The position numbers were made by a program, and so were the translations under genes. This document shows, one piece after another, positions 1-6,593 of a stretch of 6,817 nt of DNA; the first letter of the stretch is position 1, and every line of letters begins with the position of its first letter. The DNA is taken from positions 1 through 6,817 of the forward strand of contig NW_003314679.1 in assembly GCF_000143415.4 (NCBI RefSeq), in the 5' to 3' direction. The notes below the pieces were generated by a model, which was not told the origin of the DNA, did no database searches, and saw only the letters and a program-made list of their open reading frames with translations. The DNA comes from Selaginella moellendorffii. Its lineage: Eukaryota > Plantae > Lycopodiophyta.

Positions 1-409
1 GGACTCCACTTCGGACTCCAACTCGGGTCCATCATGGGTCCATTTCGGGTCCATCTCGGGTCCACCTCGGACTCCATCTCGGACTCCATCTCGGACTCCA
101 TCTCGGGTCCATCTCGGACTCCACTTCGGACTCCAACTCGGGTCCATCTCGGGTCCACCTCGGACTCCATCTCGGACTCCATCTCGGACTCCATCTCGGA
201 CTCCACTTCGGACTCCAACTCGGGTCCATCTCGGGTCCACCTCGGACTCCATCTCGGGTCCATCTCGGACTCCACTTCGGACTCCAACTCGGGTCCATCT
301 CGGACTCCACTTCAGACTCCAACTCGAGTCCATCTCGGACTCCACTTCGGACTCCAACTCGAGTCCATCTCGGACTCCACTTCGGACTCCAACTCGAGTC
401 CATTTCGGA
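1..409. repeat. Tandem array of 11/12-bp units inside the 3' LTR
   Basis: Units GGACTCCATCTC, GGGTCCATCTC, GGACTCCACTTC, GGACTCCAACTC and GGGTCCACCTC are read directly from the sequence. Confidence 0.97.
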
Positions 410-641
410 CACTCCCACGTGTCATGTGTTGGTCCTTTTGGGTCCCTTTTTGGAGCCTTGCCTTTTGCTCGCTTCGTGCTCGTTCCTCGAGCACTTCGTT
501 GGGAGTTCCACTCCCGCTCTTGACTTTTCAAGTCGGAGCTTTTGGTCCAAACGTGTTACGCTCTTTTGGCTCTCGCTTCGGCCACTACCATGTGGCGCCC
601 TTCCGGCTCCACTTTGGGGCCTAGGGATTTTGTGTCTCACA
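1..641 (-). repeat. 3' LTR, partial (U3 end)
   Basis: 208..641 is identical to 6160..6593. On the minus strand it begins TGTGAGACACA immediately after the PPT. Similarity stops at 642 (A) versus 6594 (G). Confidence 0.95.
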
Positions 642-654
642 ACTCCACCACCCA
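642..654 (-). other. Polypurine tract (PPT), G-rich with T interruptions
   Basis: The minus strand reads TGGGTGGTGGAGT directly abutting the TG start of the 3' LTR. Confidence 0.85.
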
Positions 655-662
655 TAGACGAA

Positions 663-682
663 GTTCGATGTCCTCATCGAAC
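663..682 (-). other. Pre-PPT stem-loop GTTCGATG-AGGA-CATCGAAC
   Basis: Perfect 8-bp stem with a 4-nt loop, about 8 nt upstream of the PPT. An equivalent hairpin lies at 6699..6716 next to the second PPT. Confidence 0.8.
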
Positions 683-752
683 GGTAAACCATTTTGTAAA
701 GTAACACCCGTATGTGTTACCATTTCCATCCTTGGCACCTAGCCAATATTTG

Positions 753-831
753 TCAATGGTTTGACATTGAAGGCTCACCATGCCTTTTGCATATGCCTCA
801 ATGGTTTGACACCAAAGGCTCACCATGCCTT
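753..831. repeat. Two-copy direct repeat, 45-bp period
   Basis: TCAATGGTTTGACA-TTG/CCA-AAGGCTCACCATGCCTT at 753..786 and 798..831. Confidence 0.9.
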
Positions 832-1847
832 GCCTATCCTCTAAGGAGGGTAGTCTCCCCAACTTAGAGACTGATTGGACCACAAGGATTAGTTCTCTCC
901 TTTTATTGGTTTAGTTCTCGCTAAACCTCTTAGAGACCCTTCTCTAAGTCAAACCCACTACTCCTTCTCGAGTAGTCTCAATTTCCATCGATATAACCTT
1001 TGCACTTTGGAACTTTGAATTTTGACTTCTTGGAGTCAATTTCCTAGGTGTCTCCGACACCTTGCCTTGCACCTTTTGTGCAACTCCACTTCCCATCCTA
1101 GGAAGTTCTCTACTCGAGGGCACCATCATCCTCTCTTCTATTTCGTGCCAAAGTTCCAGTTATCATACTTTGTGCTAGGGCTGTTCATGGCCCTATCATT
1201 TGGCTACCTTACCGCTCCCTCCCTTGGAGCTTCCACTTTTGCCAAATCGGAGCAATTCGGAATCCCTCCTTGGAAACACACTTCCTTTCCCGCAACTTGT
1301 TAGCGTCCAACACATTAGTGTTCCTCGCCTAACTTTGTCACTTGGATTCCTTCCAAGGGATTCCACGGCCCTATCTTGGCCATTCATCTTTTGCTCCTAT
1401 CCGTTGATTGTTGCACCAAGCAACATCGAATCTCTACCTCCCTCCTTGAGGTATTGTTTCGGTTCCATAGCAAAGACTCTTCTTTGCCAAGTCCGGAGGA
1501 TGTTCACCCCTAGTACGTCTCTTTATCATCTTCTGCTATGGGCTCTATCCACGGCCCAACTTCGTGACCCTCCCATGGGTCTTTTATAGAGACTACTTTC
1601 CTCGGACTCACTATGCCATCGCACCGACATAGTTTATTTCCCTTAGGTGCTCTTCCCACTTGGTTATCACGACCAAGCCACACCACCTTAAACAGTTCAA
1701 TTTCAACATTTTGAACCAGGAACTTCATTCCTTAGCCAACCAAGGACCTTGTCCTTATCTGGCCATAAGATCACCTAGTGATCTCACCTTGGCACCTTAA
1801 CAGAGTTGCCAAGAGGTACTTGGTCTTCTAGACCTCCAAGTTGTTGA

Positions 1848-2146
1848 CTATAACCCCGGGGGCATCCCCCACACTTGGCGGTGCACCCAAGCTAGCCCTT
1901 ACGGCCAAGGGTTCATAGCAACTGAGATTAGGTGTCCCCATCTCACTCACCACGACCTTGGTGCCACTTGCACCAAAGTGTTCAAGTTAGATATGCTGAG
2001 CTTTCACACTAAGCAATCTAACCGTGCATCACGACTCCGAGGCATCCCTCGCTTGGCGGTGTGCCCAAACCAGTCTCCCCACTGAGAGTCCATGACCACC
2101 GAAATATGAGTGTCCTCATATTCCAAACCATCACCACGCCCTAGTG
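1848..2146. repeat. Diverged two-copy direct repeat, ~180-bp period
   Basis: GGCATCCCCCACACTTGGCGGTGCACCCAA (1861) versus GGCATCCCTCGCTTGGCGGTGTGCCCAA (2041). Similarity continues to TCACCACGACCTTGGTG versus TCACCACGCCCTAGTG. Confidence 0.75.
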
Positions 2147-2197
2147 ATTTGGGACTCGAACCCAAGCACTAGAGGGTCGGGACTCGAACCCAACCTC
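2141..2197 (-). other. Two tandem tRNA T-arm / Pol III B-box-like hairpins
   Basis: The minus strand has TTGGG-TTCGAGT-CCC(G/A)A twice (15-bp direct repeat at 2151..2165 and 2179..2193). Each copy matches the B-box GGTTCGANTCC and forms a 5-bp stem with a 7-nt loop. Confidence 0.6.
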
Positions 2198-2949
2198 CGT
2201 ATATGCATCTACGGACGGCATCACACTAGATGCCTGGCGTGACTCCCCACGCCGGTGCACCAACCTATTTTTAAAGCGCGCTACAGATCACAGCTTAGGA
2301 ACCTAGTTCCTCCACACTGCCAAGTCCTCTCACTTGACATGTCTGTGATCATGCATGGACTCCTCCATGCTCGGCCCCATGGCCCACCCTTTTTTGAAGT
2401 TATCACCTTCAACTAGGGTATTTGTTCCCCCGACGTGCCAATCTCGCTTGGCAAGTCCTCCGACCATCGTAACATGGTTCCTGCATAAGCGTGAAAGTCC
2501 TTGACCATCGACTTTCGTTCAAAGCCCTCTCTTTGAACACTCGGGAACTACTTCCCTAACCTTGATAACCTTGCCTCATGGCAAGCTTCAAGACCACGCT
2601 TCTGCTGCGCCACTCTGATTTCGCGCGTTCCATGAACCATTTACACTTGGCCCTTTTAGGTACTACGCTACCTAGAATCGTCTTTGGGAACCTTGAAGGA
2701 ACTCTGTCCCTCAGCTTGCTAAGGCCTCCCCTTTCGCAAGCTTTATAGTTGCCATATAGTCTAACATGGACAATTCCATATTTTAGACTCTCCATGGCAT
2801 CACGGTTGCTAGCAACAACATCCTCGAGCACCCTCTTGATTCTCCACTCCCAACTTTCATAACCACTGTTGGATATGCCCTTTGATTTCTATGGTTCAGT
2901 TCCATCCCAACACTACTTGCCTTTAGCTTCGCACCTTTCCTTCGGTCAT

Positions 2950-3260
2950 TCTCCTCCAGACCAGGAGGATAGCTTTGCACTTTCTATCATGCCTTAGCAA
3001 GTATTCTTAGGGATGAACCTACCCAATAGCCCAGGGAGTGGTTCCTCAATCCGGGTATGCTCAGCTTATAATCCCACACACTGGGGTTACATTGTTGCTT
3101 ATGGGCCTTTACATGCCCATCACTAGCCTTGCCAAAATTCCATTTTTGGCTTTGTCCAACTTGGGTAGACAGTCCTCTCCTGTCTTCGCAACCTTGGACA
3201 TTTGGATAGCACCTTCTATCCATCATTCGCTAGGGACTTAGTCCCTTGGGCTTTATCCAT
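2950..3260 (-). pseudogene. Decayed aspartic protease; boundaries approximate
   Basis: ATGATGGATAGAAGGTGCT (3226..3208) reads MMD/frameshift/GA, cf. MVDTGA. It is followed in ORF 2987..3226 by EDRRGL, DGHVKAH and LGYWVG (cf. EARRLGL, GxMKAVNS, LGxWxG), then KAIL...GLE (cf. FxxILGLEF). Confidence 0.65.
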
Positions 3261-3334
3261 TGCCCTCGCGATATCAAACACCACCTTCTGGTGTTCTAGA
3301 GTGTTCGGGTGTCCCAATGATGGCTTTCTTGACA

Positions 3335-4260
3335 ATGAGTATTTCCTTTTATGACATTGACTTACTATATCGCAACATAAGAAACTTATCCCCCGTAAGG
3401 GTATATCCGACTTCCCTATACTAGAAGTCTTGGGTAGCTACCTTCTACCCGTTTAATCAGTTATTTTGCACCTCTTGCTTAGTTGCCTCATAGTTGTCAA
3501 GTCCTACAACTCATTGCTTGGTGCTTTCACACCTCCATCACTATCTAGGTCACCACACTCCAAATGCATGCTCTGCAGCTTAAGCTATGCCATTCCCATT
3601 TCCATTGGGATTCCTTTGGCAAGGGGTTCTCATGAACCCACCAACATAGCCTCAAGGTATCACACCTTGGCACATTTGGTGTCTCCACACCATCGGCTCC
3701 ACGAGCCTACCTCTATGACATTTCCCTTCGTGTCTAAGTCTTTGCCAAGACCAACACCGCTCTTTCTCATGCCAACCATCTGTTAGCACTGCCCCATAGA
3801 GGTCACACACAACTTTATGTCAAAGTTGTTTTCTTCTGGGAACACCTTTCCCATAACTTTAGCATGGCACATTTTGCCATCGATGAGATACTCTCTGTTC
3901 TCATCCTTGGATCCTATGATCCCCCGCCATCCTTTGTGGGGTACAACGCACCTCAGTCCAAATGCTTCATTCAGTCCTTTTAGGACCATCCCTTGACTCT
4001 ACTTGAGTCGTCTAGCAGTTTTGGACTTGGTTAATCCACCGACCTGTAAGGTCCTACTTGTGAGGCACTAGCTCACTGGAATACACTTCTTGCATTCCGG
4101 TCCTACTCAAAAGGACTATTTTCACAAGTGTTACTCCGACACTTGATTTTGTTCTCTGGGGGCAACCTTTGCCCCTTAGGACTACTTGTCCATGTGATGA
4201 GAATACCAACTTATCCACTTAATACACCCCCAACTCCTTGGGTTGTTCTAGCATTTATTA
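3335..4260 (-). pseudogene. gag: Decayed gag with eroded CCHC zinc knuckle; 5' extent uncertain (may reach ~4700)
   Basis: PKELG..VDK..HMDK* (~4180-4245, cf. PKxFxG..VDNFL..MEQYF), VESRD/VLKGLNEAF (~3960-4000, cf. IETWDxLKxELKxQF), REYL, CQGV (~3670), and ISFLCCDIVSQCHKRK (~3340-3390, cf. CFLCxGPHxxxxCPKRK). Many stops and frameshifts. Confidence 0.55.
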
Positions 4261-4719
4261 GAGGTAGCCCCGGCTACCATTTCAAGGACTTGAGTCCTCT
4301 TCCGTATTTGACCTTCCACGGTCATTACCTTTGGTCTCACATTCATGAGCACCAACCTCAACTATATGAGGATAATCTTGTGACTCCTTTATTGTTTTGG
4401 AGTCTCTATCTTTCCCGTGATCCCAACTTTAGTTGTTTACCACAACAACCTAAGCCAATTTGCTGAGACAAATGCTCATCCGGATCACATCCTCAACTCA
4501 ATGAGGAAAACCTTGCACTGTTCCCAAGATCCCAAAGTCGTTCCATTATTGACCCTTTTCTATCCACCACCTCGTCTACAAGTTCACACATGAACTGTAA
4601 TGGAGAGCCATGTCTTCCAGACTTGCTACTCCTCAAGGATAGGCCCACTCCTCGGACCTTCCGATGCCAACACTAGTGGTTATATACTTGAGCACCAATA
4701 AAAGTCGGACTAAGGAACA

Positions 4720-4731
4720 GCTCCGATACCA
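4720..4731 (-). other. Primer binding site for initiator tRNA-Met
   Basis: The minus strand reads ...CTTACA-ATT-TGGTATCGGAGC, an 11/12 match to the canonical plant TGGTATCAGAGC, 3 nt after the LTR-terminal CA. Confidence 0.93.
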
Positions 4732-5659
4732 AATTGTAAGCGACTAAATTTTCCATTCTACTTTAGTCACTTAACCACACCTCCGACCACTTGGAGGAGT
4801 CTCATTCACAACCTCCATCAGTCCAATTCAGGACTTGGGACTTGCTACCCCCAAGAAGGGCATCCATGCCACTCCACACTTGCACCTGGTCCAAGTGCTC
4901 CACGTGTCCGGTCCTGAGACTGACACCCAAAGGTACCACTGACATCTCGGCCCGTTACGCTAAGGCCATGCCCATTCACCTTTGCTGCACTAGTGGTTCA
5001 ACACCACTTGCATCACCACCTGGTCTCTCCAAGACTGGGCCATGTGTCACGAGTGGTCATCCTAGATCCACTCCTTAGCATCCTTAGGATGCCCACAGAC
5101 CTGGGGAATTGCCTTCCCCAAAGTCCCTTTGTCAGTTCCTACCAAGTCCCTTTCTGCCCCTGGCGGTGTTTGCCAACACTGCCACTGGATCGAGGCCCAC
5201 AGGCCCGACCACTAAGTCCCACGGTCCTCTGGGACTTCCTCACCACATGACTGTGTCCTTGGTCACTACCCCAGAGGACTGTTCCTCTTCCTTTCCACAG
5301 TCTGGGCCTTTGGGACAACATTTCGGAACACCGTGGCCTTACGCGAGCCACCTGGGTACTCTTCCCACCTATCGCCTTTAGGTGCTCTAGCCATGGGCTT
5401 AGAGCGGGTTCCGTTGAGCCACACCAGGTATCCAAGTAGGTAGTGCCACCCACACTTGGACTGGGAGCATCGGCCAGTCGATCTCCCGGGGGAACTAGAG
5501 CCGGCTCTTGAACACTTCACCAAGCTACCCCCCTTGTCGGTCTGTGTTCACTCTAGTCTTGGACTTCCCAGTGGGCAGCTCATCACCCAACACTGGGTCT
5601 GGCCTTCCTGGGCCAAACTAGCCTTTCCTGGCCAAACTGGCTCCACTGCAGTCCTCCCC

Positions 5660-5667
5660 CTACTATA
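5660..5667 (-). promoter_or_regulatory. Possible weak TATA-like element of the LTR promoter
   Basis: The minus strand reads CCCCAAAAG-TATAGTAG-GGGGAGG just downstream of the array, resembling the CCCC-TATAAATAG-GGG context of plant LTRs. It is non-canonical. Confidence 0.25.
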
Positions 5668-5737
5668 CTTTTGGGGCTCACCAAACCCCCCAGGGTCTGG
5701 GAGACGAACGCTTTGGGCTTTCACCCTCTCAGGCTCC

Positions 5738-6361
5738 GGACTCGGACTCGAACTCGGACTCGGACTCGGACTCGGACTCGGACTCGGATTCGGACTCGGA
5801 CTCGGGCTCGGGCTCGGTCTCGGCCTCGGCCTCGGTCTCGGTCTCGGTCCCGATCTCGGTCCCGGTCTCGGTCGCGGTCTCGGTCTCGACTTCGGACTCC
5901 ATCTCGGACTCCATCTCGGACTCCATCTCGGACTCCATCTCGGGTCCATCTCGGGTCCATCTTGGGTCCATCTCGGACTCCATCTCGGACTCCATCTCGG
6001 GGTCCATCTCGGACTCCATCTCGGACTCCATCTCGGACTCCATTTCGGGTCCATCTCGGGTCCACCTCGGACTCCATCTCGGGTCCATCTCGGACTCCAC
6101 TTCGGACTCCAACTCGGGTCCATCTCGGGTCCACCTCGGACTCCATCTCGGGTCCCATCTCGGACTCCAACTCGGGTCCATCTCGGGTCCACCTCGGACT
6201 CCATCTCGGGTCCATCTCGGACTCCACTTCGGACTCCAACTCGGGTCCATCTCGGACTCCACTTCAGACTCCAACTCGAGTCCATCTCGGACTCCACTTC
6301 GGACTCCAACTCGAGTCCATCTCGGACTCCACTTCGGACTCCAACTCGAGTCCATTTCGGA
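5738..6361. repeat. Compound tandem array in the 5' LTR: hexamer block (5738..~5893), then 11/12-bp units (5894..6361)
   Basis: (GGACTC)n, then GGGCTC/GGCCTC/(GGTCTC)n, then (GGACTCCATCTC)n mixed with GGGTCCATCTC, ending in 35-bp composites. Confidence 0.97.
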
Positions 6362-6593
6362 CACTCCCACGTGTCATGTGTTGGTCCTTTTGGGTCCCTT
6401 TTTGGAGCCTTGCCTTTTGCTCGCTTCGTGCTCGTTCCTCGAGCACTTCGTTGGGAGTTCCACTCCCGCTCTTGACTTTTCAAGTCGGAGCTTTTGGTCC
6501 AAACGTGTTACGCTCTTTTGGCTCTCGCTTCGGCCACTACCATGTGGCGCCCTTCCGGCTCCACTTTGGGGCCTAGGGATTTTGTGTCTCACA

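Larger units (their letters stand above)
950..2720 (-). pseudogene. pol: Decayed, internally shortened pol (RT, RNase H, integrase N-terminal part); boundaries approximate
   Basis: Minus-strand fragments in changing frames but correct order: LRDRVPSRFPKT (~2690, cf. FxDVMPxELPK), LGK*F....EGF (~2540, cf. LRKQLxELLxxGF), DGRRTC...GNKYP (~2415-2470, cf. DGSLRxC...NKYP), CQVR (~2335), VMP (2216-2224, cf. VMPFGL), PIA (1534-1542), TNVLDA (~1302-1319, cf. NVVADAL), RMMVPSSRELPR (~1100-1132, cf. RLYVPxxxxLRR), VISMEI (~985, cf. VSMDF). No intact YLDD or DDE was seen. Confidence 0.62.
1..6593 (-). mobile_element. Non-autonomous Ty3/gypsy-derived LTR retrotransposon (LARD-like; probably Galadriel chromovirus lineage); 3' LTR runs off the left edge
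   Basis: Direct repeats at offset 5952 end sharply at ...TGTGTCTCACA (641 and 6593). On the minus strand the PBS follows the right LTR and the PPT precedes the left LTR. Decayed domain traces lie in gypsy order gag-PR-RT-RH-IN. The lineage call rests on remembered motif similarity only. Confidence 0.92.
4735..6593 (-). repeat. 5' LTR, complete, 1859 bp
   Basis: The termini are TGTAAG (4735) and CTCACA (6593), an imperfect inverted repeat TGT(A/G)AG. The inner end is fixed by the PBS and the outer end by the break in identity with 641. Confidence 0.9.

Noticed and set aside
32-704. ORFs 32..418, 34..624, 426..704 and neighbours
   Set aside because: They are the same repeat/LTR artefacts, duplicated in the other LTR.
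2130-2270. Bona fide tRNA gene
   Set aside because: Only T-arm-like hairpins are present. No acceptor, D and anticodon arms with proper spacing were found.
3783-3989. REYLI read as a chromodomain motif
   Set aside because: It lies in the gag position, far from the IN C-terminus, and fits the gag VREY motif better. No chromodomain trace was confidently seen near the PPT.
642-4734. Hairpins as bacterial terminators, REP elements or attC sites
   Set aside because: They lack U-tracts, a shared consensus and gene cassettes, and the context is a eukaryotic LTR element.
1022-5381. Plus-strand ORFs of 67-129 aa as antisense genes
   Set aside because: They are short, many have non-ATG starts, show Leu/Pro/Ser bias from the pyrimidine-rich strand, and contain no recognisable motifs.
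5738-6361. CRISPR array or telomeric repeat
   Set aside because: There are no unique spacers and no cas genes, and the units are not TTTAGGG-like.
5456-6576. Long ORFs of 172-339 aa on both strands (RS/SR-like, poly-GL, ESEM, WSPR repeats)
   Set aside because: They are open in nearly all frames because the tandem units contain no stop codons. They lie inside an LTR and have no recognisable domain.
4735-6593. Retrozyme (hammerhead ribozyme in the LTR)
   Set aside because: No CUGANGA...GAAA core was found by eye on the sense strand, and the element is much larger than typical retrozymes. An Infernal/Rfam scan would settle it.
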